Position numbers and translations under genes: made by a program. From assembly GCA_016871535.1 (NCBI GenBank), contig VHCZ01000004.1, positions 13,801-77,800 of the forward strand: DNA of 64,000 bases, given 5' to 3'. Below the pieces are notes generated by a model. That model ran no database searches. It saw nothing but the letters and a program-made list of their open reading frames with translations, and was not told the origin of the DNA. Numbering within the stretch: position 1 is the stretch's first letter; each line of letters starts with the position of its first letter. Of this stretch, positions 26,765-34,495 are shown piece by piece. This DNA is from Verrucomicrobiota bacterium (GTDB taxonomy: Bacteria > Verrucomicrobiota > Verrucomicrobiia > Limisphaerales > SIBE01).

Positions 26765-27667
26765 ATGGCTGAATCCTACGCTCATCGGTGGGGACAAATC
26801 ATCGGTGACGTCTTCGAGCAGTTTGTTCGCCACATGCTCAGGAGCATCGCGGATAAGCACGGACTATATCTCGACTTCAAGAAGCCGCGGCGCGCGAGGG
26901 CGAAGCAAGGCGGCAGAGACTTGTCAAAAGTGATGTGGCGGGATTCTTACGGCAATCGTCACGACTTGGACTACGTGCTTGAGCGAGGCGGGACAGAAGA
27001 TGAGCTCGGTGTTCCCGTTGCATTCATCGAATCCGCGTGGCGCAGATACACCAAGCATTCCAAGAACAAGGTCCAGGAAATAGAAGCCGCAGTCTTGCCG
27101 ATCGCGCTGACCTTCGCACGTAGTCAGCCGTTCTGCGGCGCGGTGCCCTCGGGCGAGTTCACGCGCAATGCGCTGGCGCAGCTTGAATCGAAAGGTTTCT
27201 CCGTCCTTCACATCCCGTACGAATCCATCATCGAGGCGTTCCAGCAGATTGGAATTGACGCTTCATCCGTGGACCGCGTGACGAGTGAGGAGGAATTTCA
27301 GCGGAAGATCGCGCAATGGGAGGAACTGCCGCAGTCAGAGTCAATAGACAAGTTTTTGAAGTCGCTTTACCGGCTGCACGCCGCTGGCGTGGCGGGGTTT
27401 CAATCGCAGCTGGAAGCATCACTGCTTCGCGGTGTCGTCTCGGTGCGTTTAGCTGTTCTACGAGGTCAGACTGTCGAGTGCTCCGACATCAAGAGCGCCA
27501 TTTCTTACCTGATCGAAGAAGAGAAGGCCTACCGGTTGGGAGAAGAAGCCGAACAGCGCGAGATGTTTGAGATTCTCGTTCGTTTCAACAATGGGGCGAA
27601 GATCGAAGCCACATTCCCCACGCGACAGGAAGCTATTGCCTTCCTCAGAACTTTTGAGAAGGCATGA
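26765..27667 (+). CDS. Candidate cognate restriction endonuclease (unclassified)
   Basis: Starts 3 nt after the methyltransferase stop. HDLDYVLERG...VAFIESAWRRYTKHSKNK is a possible PD-(D/E)xK-like core. No confident family match. Confidence 0.55.
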   Translation: MAESYAHRWGQIIGDVFEQFVRHMLRSIADKHGLYLDFKKPRRARAKQGGRDLSKVMWRDSYGNRHDLDYVLERGGTEDELGVPVAFIESAWRRYTKHSKNKVQEIEAAVLPIALTFARSQPFCGAVPSGEFTRNALAQLESKGFSVLHIPYESIIEAFQQIGIDASSVDRVTSEEEFQRKIAQWEELPQSESIDKFLKSLYRLHAAGVAGFQSQLEASLLRGVVSVRLAVLRGQTVECSDIKSAISYLIEEEKAYRLGEEAEQREMFEILVRFNNGAKIEATFPTRQEAIAFLRTFEKA

Positions 27668-30600
27668 AGATCCTCCGTCTGACCTGGATCGCGGTCCAGG
27701 GTGATATTTACCGGCTCGGTTTTGTGTCGCTCGAAAGATCAATCCAGATTGCGCTGGTGAGTCTGTTTGCGACGAGCCTCTCACCTCTCGCCGCGGAGTC
27801 AAACGCCCAGCCTCATTGGGCCTTCCAGCCCATCGAAAATCCGTCCGCCCCCGTTGTGAAAAACATTACGTGGCCGCGCACGGCTATTGACCGATTCACT
27901 CTCGCCAAACTCGAAGAGCACGGACTGCACCCGGCTTCGCCCGCTGACAAACGCACCTTGCTTCGACGCGCGACCTTCGACCTCATAGGACTTCCGCCAA
28001 GACCCGACGAAGTCGATGCCTTTTTGGCGGACAAATCATCGGACGCATTCGCCAGAGTCATCGAGCGGTTGCTGGCGTCGCCCCGCTACGGCGAGCGTTG
28101 GGGGCGGCACTGGCTGGACGTCGCGCGTTACGCCGACTCGAATGGCATGGACGAAAACCTCGCTTACGCCAGCGCCTGGCGATATCGCGATTATGTGATC
28201 GCCGCCTTCAACACCGACAAACCTTACGACCAGTTCATCCTGGAGCAACTCGCGGGAGACCTCCTTCCGCCGGCGGGCGCCACCCGGGATTACGAGCGGA
28301 TCATCGCCACCGGTTTTCTGACCATCGGTCCCAAGATGCTCGCCGAGGACGACCCGGTCAAAATGGAGATGGACATCGTCGACGAACAACTGGACACCGC
28401 CAGCCGCGCGTTCATGGGCCTGACCGTCGGCTGCGCGCGGTGCCACGATCACAAGTATGATCCGGTGCCGGCCAGGGACTACTACGCGTTGGCCGGCATC
28501 TTCAAGAGCACGCACACGATGGATAACTTCAAGGTCGTCGCGCGCTGGCAGGAACGCCCGCTCGGCCGACCGGAGGAAATCGAGCGGCTCGCGGCGCATC
28601 GCAAACGGATCGACGAGCAGCAGCGGCGCGTCAACGGGTTGATTGCCGAAGCCAATACGCAGTTGCTCCGCGAAGCCCGGTCGCGCGCGGCCGAGTATCT
28701 GCTTGCTGCGACCGAACCGCGTTTACGGGAGCAAAGGACTAAAGTGACGAATGAAAGCACTCCGGGCGCATCCACCAACGCGGCGCTCGGGCCGGAGTTC
28801 TTGAAGCAATGGGCGGCGTATTTGGAAAAGACGGAGAAGGACACCAACTCCGCACTGAAGCTGTGGCATGAATGGGTCGCGCGAGCGCAAGCGGAGCGCT
28901 CGGGAGAGTCGAAGTCGCCTGGGGTTGGCGACGCTCACCTCCCCCTCACCCCGGCCCTCTCCCTTGGGGAGAGGGAGAAAGGCATTCTGTCCTCGACTCC
29001 GGCTCAAACCACTCCCGGTCCGTCACTTCTTTCCTCGCAAGCGGGGAAAAGCGAGAAACTCCCGGAATCAACAGATACCCGATCTGCAGCCGACGGTGAC
29101 TCCCTCTCCCCAAGGGAGAGGGCCGGGGTGAGGGGGAACGGAGCGTACCAATCACCCTGCGCGCAGGCTCTTTTCGGAGAGACCCCTCCACGCTCGCTTG
29201 CAGAACTGGCCCAACGTTACGGCGAACAATTCGCTCAGGCTGATCGGGCGTGGCAGCAACTGAAGTCTTCCACGAACGGCGCGAAGGCGGACAAACTCTC
29301 AGATCCGGTGCAGGAGTCCTTCCGGCAGATTCTCTATGCCCCCAAAGGGCCGTTCGAGCTGCCGAAGAATGCGGAGAGCGGTTTCACGACCAATCAGGCG
29401 GCCGAACTCAAAGAGGCTCGCGCGGCGTTGAAATCCTTCGAACAAAGCTTGCCCGTGTTGCCCGAAGCCATGGCGGTCTCGGATGGCGCCGTGCAAAACC
29501 TTCGCGTGCACATTCGGGGCAGTTATTTGAGCCAGGGCGATTTGGCGCCGCGCGGTTTTCTCTCTTCCATCCGCGCGCCGACCGGTCCGGCGATCTCCAC
29601 GAACGACAGCGGACGCCTCCATCTCGCCAAATGGCTGACCGACCCCGATCATCCGCTAACCGCGCGGATCATGGTGAACCGCATCTGGCACGGACATTTC
29701 GGCGAGGGTCTGGTGCGGTCACCGGACAACTTCGGCACACTGGGCGAAAAGCCGACGCATCCGGAGTTGCTCGACTGGCTGGCGCGCTGGTTCGTCGAAT
29801 CCGGCTGGAGTGTAAAGGCGATGCATCGGCTCGTCATGAATTCGGCGGTGTACCAGCAAGCGGGGCAAGGGGGAGTGGTCAGTGGTCAGTGGCCGGTGGC
29901 CAGTGATCAGTATTTAGTGATCAGTAATCGGTATTCAGTCAGTCGGTCCGCACCGGCTCAGCCGGCTGATCACTGGAAACTGAATACTGATTACTCACGC
30001 ACAACCGGGATTGATTGGCGCTCACTGAATACTGATCACGGGTTACTGAATGGGGATTACCCCCGTCGCCTCGCGACGCTCGACCCCGAAAACCGACTTC
30101 TCAGCCATTTCCCACGCCGCCGCCTTGAAGCCGAAGCGATTCGAGACTCTATTCTCTACGTCAGCGGCGGTCTGGACTTGAAAATGGGTGGGTCGCTCTT
30201 GACGGTCTCGAATCGCGCGTACGTCACCAGCACTGCCAGCAAGCTTGACAGCGCACTCTTCGTTCAGCCACTCCGTTCAGTTTATTTGCCTGTGATTCGC
30301 AGCGCGCTCTACAACGTTTTCCAGATTTTCGACTTTGCCGATCCGAGCACGCTCAACGGCCATCGCGATCAGACGACGGTCGCGCCGCAGGCGCTGTTCA
30401 TGATGAACAGCAAACTGGTCGCCGACGCTTCCCGGCGGCTGGCTGATACGTTGCTGGCGTATTCCGCCGGTGAAGGTGGGACGAGCGTCCTCGCGAGCCA
30501 ATCGCCATCGACGCATGGCTCGGCAGGAGCCTCGCTCCACCAACCTTTACCAAGGGATTACTTGCTGGCCGGGAATTTACGCGACGATTCGGCGCGGCTG

Positions 30601-30792
30601 GAGAAACTCTATCGCACCGCCTTGAGCCGATCTCCGACCGAACCGGAACGGACCGCGGCGCTGAAGTATCTGGATCGGTACGCGGCGAAATCGGCCGATC
30701 GGGGAGTGTCGTCCGAGACAAGCCGCGTCAATGCCTGGCAAAGTCTCGCCCGGGTCGTGCTGGCATCGAACGAGTTTATTTATGTGGAGTAA
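27664..30792 (+). CDS. PSCyt2 (DUF1549) / PSD1 (DUF1553) domain protein
   Basis: LLRRATFDLIGLPPRPDE, SPRYGERWGRHWLDVARYADSNG, CARCHDHKYDPVPARDYY. Paralog of 8411..10906. The start may be an internal GTG near 27724, in front of the signal peptide. Confidence 0.9.
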   Translation: MKILRLTWIAVQGDIYRLGFVSLERSIQIALVSLFATSLSPLAAESNAQPHWAFQPIENPSAPVVKNITWPRTAIDRFTLAKLEEHGLHPASPADKRTLLRRATFDLIGLPPRPDEVDAFLADKSSDAFARVIERLLASPRYGERWGRHWLDVARYADSNGMDENLAYASAWRYRDYVIAAFNTDKPYDQFILEQLAGDLLPPAGATRDYERIIATGFLTIGPKMLAEDDPVKMEMDIVDEQLDTASRAFMGLTVGCARCHDHKYDPVPARDYYALAGIFKSTHTMDNFKVVARWQERPLGRPEEIERLAAHRKRIDEQQRRVNGLIAEANTQLLREARSRAAEYLLAATEPRLREQRTKVTNESTPGASTNAALGPEFLKQWAAYLEKTEKDTNSALKLWHEWVARAQAERSGESKSPGVGDAHLPLTPALSLGEREKGILSSTPAQTTPGPSLLSSQAGKSEKLPESTDTRSAADGDSLSPRERAGVRGNGAYQSPCAQALFGETPPRSLAELAQRYGEQFAQADRAWQQLKSSTNGAKADKLSDPVQESFRQILYAPKGPFELPKNAESGFTTNQAAELKEARAALKSFEQSLPVLPEAMAVSDGAVQNLRVHIRGSYLSQGDLAPRGFLSSIRAPTGPAISTNDSGRLHLAKWLTDPDHPLTARIMVNRIWHGHFGEGLVRSPDNFGTLGEKPTHPELLDWLARWFVESGWSVKAMHRLVMNSAVYQQAGQGGVVSGQWPVASDQYLVISNRYSVSRSAPAQPADHWKLNTDYSRTTGIDWRSLNTDHGLLNGDYPRRLATLDPENRLLSHFPRRRLEAEAIRDSILYVSGGLDLKMGGSLLTVSNRAYVTSTASKLDSALFVQPLRSVYLPVIRSALYNVFQIFDFADPSTLNGHRDQTTVAPQALFMMNSKLVADASRRLADTLLAYSAGEGGTSVLASQSPSTHGSAGASLHQPLPRDYLLAGNLRDDSARLEKLYRTALSRSPTEPERTAALKYLDRYAAKSADRGVSSETSRVNAWQSLARVVLASNEFIYVE
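28941..29136. repeat. RepA inverted pair inside the CDS
   Basis: CCCCCTCACCCCGGCCCTCTCCCTTGGGGAGAGGGAG (28941-28977) and TCCCTCTCCCCAAGGGAGAGGGCCGGGGTGAGGGGG (29101-29136). Confidence 0.7.
29874..30064. repeat. Heptamer-based palindromic insertion inside the CDS
   Basis: GGTCAGT GGTCAGT GGCCGGT GGCCAGT GATCAGT ATTTAGT GATCAGT AATCGGT ATTCAGT, then the inverse ACTGAATACTGATTACT / ACTGAATACTGATCAC. Absent from the paralog at the equivalent point. Confidence 0.7.
30475..30541. repeat. RepC-like unit inside the CDS
   Basis: GGTGGGACGAGCGTCCTCGCGAGCC-loop-GGCTCGGCAGGAGCCTCGCTCCACC. Confidence 0.6.
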
Positions 30793-30803
30793 ACCGCCAA
30801 TGA

Positions 30804-30891
30804 AACCCACCCCTTCGCCCCTCCCAGGAGGGGAAACATGCAACTGGCGCAGGAAACTCTGCTCCCCTCCCGGGAGGGGAAGGGGTGGGTT
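30804..30891. repeat. Intergenic inverted repeat (AACCCACCCCTTCGCCCCTCC.. / ..GGAGGGGAAGGGGTGGGTT)
   Basis: Arms at 30804-30833 and 30864-30891, read directly. Confidence 0.6.
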
Positions 30892-30930
30892 CACGGTTAC
30901 TGCTCCTGTCACCAAGCAAAGCAGTCACTC

Positions 30931-32388
30931 ATGAAACCCTGCGGCTGTCACCAATTCACACCGGTCTTCACGCGCCGCGAGATGTTGCGCGTCTCTGCGG
31001 CTGGCTTCGGCTATCTGGCCCTCGCGAGTTTGCTTGGCGAACAACGCCTCAGCGCGGCGAACGCTCCCACGCTCCCACGCTCCCACGCTCCGACGAACCC
31101 TCTCGCTCCCCAGGCGCCGCTCTTCCCGGCCCGCGCCCGGCGCGTCATCTTCTTGTTCATGCATGGTGGGCCGTCGCAGGTCGATACCTTCGATTACAAG
31201 CCGCTGCTGGAGCGCGACCACGGCAAGCCGCTGCCATTTCCCAAGCCGCGCGTCTTCTCGTCACAGACGAGCCACTTGCTAAAGTCGCCCTGGAAATTCC
31301 GCCAACACGGCCAGGGCGGCGCGTGGGCCAGCGAACTGTTTCCGAATGTGGCGCGGTGTGCCGACGAGATTTGTTTCCTCAGAGGCATGCACGGATCGAA
31401 CTCGCGCCACGGCGGCGCGCTGCTGGAATTGCACACGGGCAGCGACACCTTCGTTCGGCCCAGCCTGGGTTCGTGGGTGAGCTATGGGCTCGGCACCGAG
31501 AACCGCGATCTCCCCAGCTTCATCACGATTTGTCCGACGTTATCGCACGGGGGCGTGAATGCCTATAGCTCGGCCTTCTTGCCGGCGATTCACCAGGCAA
31601 CGGCGCTGGGCAACGCGGGCACACCATCGGCTCAAGCGCAAATTCCGTTCATCAAAAACGCCAACGACACGCCGCTCGATCTCCAGCGGCTCGAACTCGA
31701 TCTGTTGCGCGAAATGAACGAGCGAAGGCTTGCGGACACCGGCCCGGATTCGGCCCTGGAAGCGCGAATCAATTCGTTCGAACTTGCGTTCCGCATGCAA
31801 ATGGCTGCCCCGGAACTTCAGGACCTCCGCGGCGAAAGCGAGGCCACGAAAAAGCTCTACGGCCTGGACGATCCGGTGACGGCGAATTTCGGGCGGCAAT
31901 GCCTGATGGCGCGGCGCTTTGCCGAGGCCGGAGTGCGCTTCGTTCAAGCCACGCACAGTTACAAGTGGGACCAGCACAGTGACCTGACCCGCGACCACGC
32001 CAAGAACGCCCGCGAGGTGGACCAGCCGATCGCCGCCCTCCTCATTGACCTCAAAGCCCGCGGGTTGCTCGACGACACGCTTGTGCTCTGGGGCGGTGAA
32101 TTCGGCCGCACGCCGGTGACAGAATTGAACGGCGATGGCCGCGACCATAATCCGCATGGCTACACGATGTGGCTGGCGGGCGGCGGCGTGAAGCGCGGTT
32201 TCAGCTTTGGCGAGACCGACGATTACGGCTACTTCGCCGCGAAGGACAAAGTTCACGTCCACGATTTGCACGCGACCCTGCTGGCGCTGCTCGGCCTCGA
32301 CCACGAGAAACTGACGTATCGCTACGCCGGCCGCGACTTCCGGCTGACGGATGTGCACGGGCGTGTCGTAAAGGAGGTTCTTGCATGA
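30931..32388 (+). CDS. DUF1501 protein (partner of the upstream PSCyt2/PSD1 gene)
   Basis: ATG at 30931. RREMLRVSAAGFGYLALA leader, FLFMHGGPSQVDTFDYKP, GGEFGRTP, GRDHNPHG, LAGGG. Confidence 0.9.
   Translation: MKPCGCHQFTPVFTRREMLRVSAAGFGYLALASLLGEQRLSAANAPTLPRSHAPTNPLAPQAPLFPARARRVIFLFMHGGPSQVDTFDYKPLLERDHGKPLPFPKPRVFSSQTSHLLKSPWKFRQHGQGGAWASELFPNVARCADEICFLRGMHGSNSRHGGALLELHTGSDTFVRPSLGSWVSYGLGTENRDLPSFITICPTLSHGGVNAYSSAFLPAIHQATALGNAGTPSAQAQIPFIKNANDTPLDLQRLELDLLREMNERRLADTGPDSALEARINSFELAFRMQMAAPELQDLRGESEATKKLYGLDDPVTANFGRQCLMARRFAEAGVRFVQATHSYKWDQHSDLTRDHAKNAREVDQPIAALLIDLKARGLLDDTLVLWGGEFGRTPVTELNGDGRDHNPHGYTMWLAGGGVKRGFSFGETDDYGYFAAKDKVHVHDLHATLLALLGLDHEKLTYRYAGRDFRLTDVHGRVVKEVLA
31061..31092. 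repeat. 8-nt tandem repeat (ACGCTCCC x3 plus ACGCTCCG) inside the CDS
   Basis: Read directly. Encodes NAPTLPRSHAPT just after the signal region. Confidence 0.8.
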
Positions 32389-32584
32389 TGCGCGGGTTTT
32401 ATCCATGCATCGAAGTTGAAATGAGGAGCGCCCGCGCCCTCGCGTGCCGCGGTCGGCGCCCTCGCCGACCGCATTCAATCGGAGCGAACAGTCCCTACTC
32501 AGCACGATGGTTTCGACGGCGTTCCGACTGGCGAGGCGCCAGTCGAGACACGCGAGGGCGCGTATGCTCCCCAGTTGCGTCCGC

Positions 32585-33706
32585 ATGAAAGCCTGGCTTT
32601 TCTACGGTTTCAACGACATGCGGCTGGAAGAGGTGCCCGTGCCACGCTGCAAACCCGGACACGTGCTCGTCCAGGTTTTGTGCGTGCAGCCCAGTGTCAC
32701 GGAGGCGCAACTGGCCCGTGGGATTCGCACGCTGGCCTTCGACAAAATCAAAAGAAGGCTGGAAACCGAAGCTCCGGTCCAATTGTTCGGCCACGAATTC
32801 TGCGCTCGGATTCTGGAAACCGGCGCGGGCGTCTCAAGATTCCGCAAGGGCGACCGTGTCGCCGCGCGCGCCAAGCTCCCGTGCGGCGCCTGTCCGCTTT
32901 GCCTTTCTGCGCAGAGCGATCTCTGCCGCAGCGGGCCGATCATCGGATTCCAGCTTCCGGGTTGCTTCGCGGAATTTGCGCTTTTGCCGGAAATCGCTCT
33001 CGTCAAATTGGACGACCGGATTTCGGATCAAGAAGCGGCTTGCCTGCAATCGCTGAGCGACAGTGTCGCCGCCGTGGAAACGGCTGAGATTCGCATGGGC
33101 CAGTCCGTCGCGATCTTCGGGCAGGGCAGCATGGGACTCGAATGCCTGCAAATCGCGCGCGTGTCCGGCGCCGGCAAGGTTTTCACCGTGGACGTGCGCG
33201 AAGAGGCGTGCCGAATCTCGAGAGAGCTCGGCGCAGACCAGGCGATTAGCCCAAATGCTTGCGACGCCGTCGCCGCGATTCGCGAGTTGACCGGTGGGAT
33301 CGGCGTGGACGTGGTTTTTGAGTGCGCGGGCGGCAGCCCCAAGCAAGGTTTGTCCGGCACGACTTCGCTGATGCAAGCCATGGGAGTGGTGCGATCGGGC
33401 GGCAAGCTGATCGGAGTTTCGTGGTTCGGCCAACCGATCGAGCTCGATGTCGATCTCCTGCGCGAACGAAGCTTGCGCTACCTTTTCCCCGACATCAGCA
33501 CGCGCGCGCATCTGGAGCACACGGTGAGGCTGGCGGCGTCGGGGCGAGTGCGTTTGAAGCCGGTCATCACGCACACGCTGCACGGGATCGAAGCGGTGCC
33601 GGAGGCGTTTGAGATCACGGGGAACAAGGCTCAATACAAAGCGATCAATCCGGCGCAGGTGGTGTTGTGCCAAGGCGAAGGCCAGATGCCTCTGCAAAGT
33701 CTATGA
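32585..33706 (+). CDS. Zn-dependent alcohol/polyol dehydrogenase (MDR family)
   Basis: ATG at 32585. GHEFCARILETG (Zn ligand region), CGACPLCLSAQSDLC structural-Zn cysteines, GQGSMGLECLQ Rossmann motif. Confidence 0.9.
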   Translation: MKAWLFYGFNDMRLEEVPVPRCKPGHVLVQVLCVQPSVTEAQLARGIRTLAFDKIKRRLETEAPVQLFGHEFCARILETGAGVSRFRKGDRVAARAKLPCGACPLCLSAQSDLCRSGPIIGFQLPGCFAEFALLPEIALVKLDDRISDQEAACLQSLSDSVAAVETAEIRMGQSVAIFGQGSMGLECLQIARVSGAGKVFTVDVREEACRISRELGADQAISPNACDAVAAIRELTGGIGVDVVFECAGGSPKQGLSGTTSLMQAMGVVRSGGKLIGVSWFGQPIELDVDLLRERSLRYLFPDISTRAHLEHTVRLAASGRVRLKPVITHTLHGIEAVPEAFEITGNKAQYKAINPAQVVLCQGEGQMPLQSL

Positions 33707-34129
33707 GATCACCTGGATGCCTTCCAAAATGGATCGCCACGCGGTGACCGCGTCCGCGATGCTCAATATTTGTGCTGCGAAGGGTGAAGACGGCCACGCC
33801 ATCGTTCGAGATGTTCGCGCGAGCGCCAAGTATTCCACCTTATCCGACAGGTGGAGGCCGCTCAAAGTGGGCCGAGTGTTGCCGCCTGCCTCCACCATTA
33901 GCACCGGCGTCAACTCAAAAGCGGATATCTTCCCTGGCGAAAATGGCCCAATCATCCGTATGTTGGCCGAAAACGACCTTGGGGTTGGATAAACTGAACA
34001 TCTATCTCCCTCTACTGCCCCCGGAGCCAGTCCCATTCATTTCACCAGGTTCAGGCCGGCCAGTCCGAAATGAATAAGCTCATGGAAAGCCTCCTTTCCC
34101 TTACGGACCTGCTCTCTCCCCATGAACCC

Positions 34130-34213
34130 GGTAGGGCGAGTCCGTCCCGGCGAGCCGCTCGACGTGCCTGGACCACGTCCGACTCGGCTCGCTGGGGACA
34201 GGCTCGCCCTACC
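34130..34213. repeat. RepB palindromic element
   Basis: GGTAGGGCGAGTCCGTCCCGGCGAGCC ... GGCTCGCTGGGGACAGGCTCGCCCTACC, with CATGAAC/GTTCATG outer flanks. Confidence 0.7.
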
Positions 34214-34495
34214 GCCATGTTCATGGAAAGTCCGCGCTGAGTGAACGCAAGCCTGACATTCGGAATGCTTTTGGGGCTGGAGCTGTTAGTTCCGCCGGTA
34301 GCTGCACAGCAGCCGAATGAGACCGAGTTGACATTCCAGCCGAACGGAACGGTCGCGGATCAGTCCCGGACGGATCGCAAGGAATTACCCGCGACCTTTC
34401 ACGCGGCAGGTTGCCGCGCGAGGCGGGCTGGTAGCCCCCTCCACCCAGCCAGCTAGGGCCTCCACTGGCGTCGGCGCGTCCATCGCCCCCCGATT

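Noticed and set aside
34241-34456. A 71-aa ORF with a signal-peptide-like start, considered as a secreted peptide gene.
   Set aside because: It has a GTG start, no RBS seen and an Arg/Ala-rich tail running toward a convergent gene end. The evidence is insufficient, so it is mentioned only within the spacer finding.
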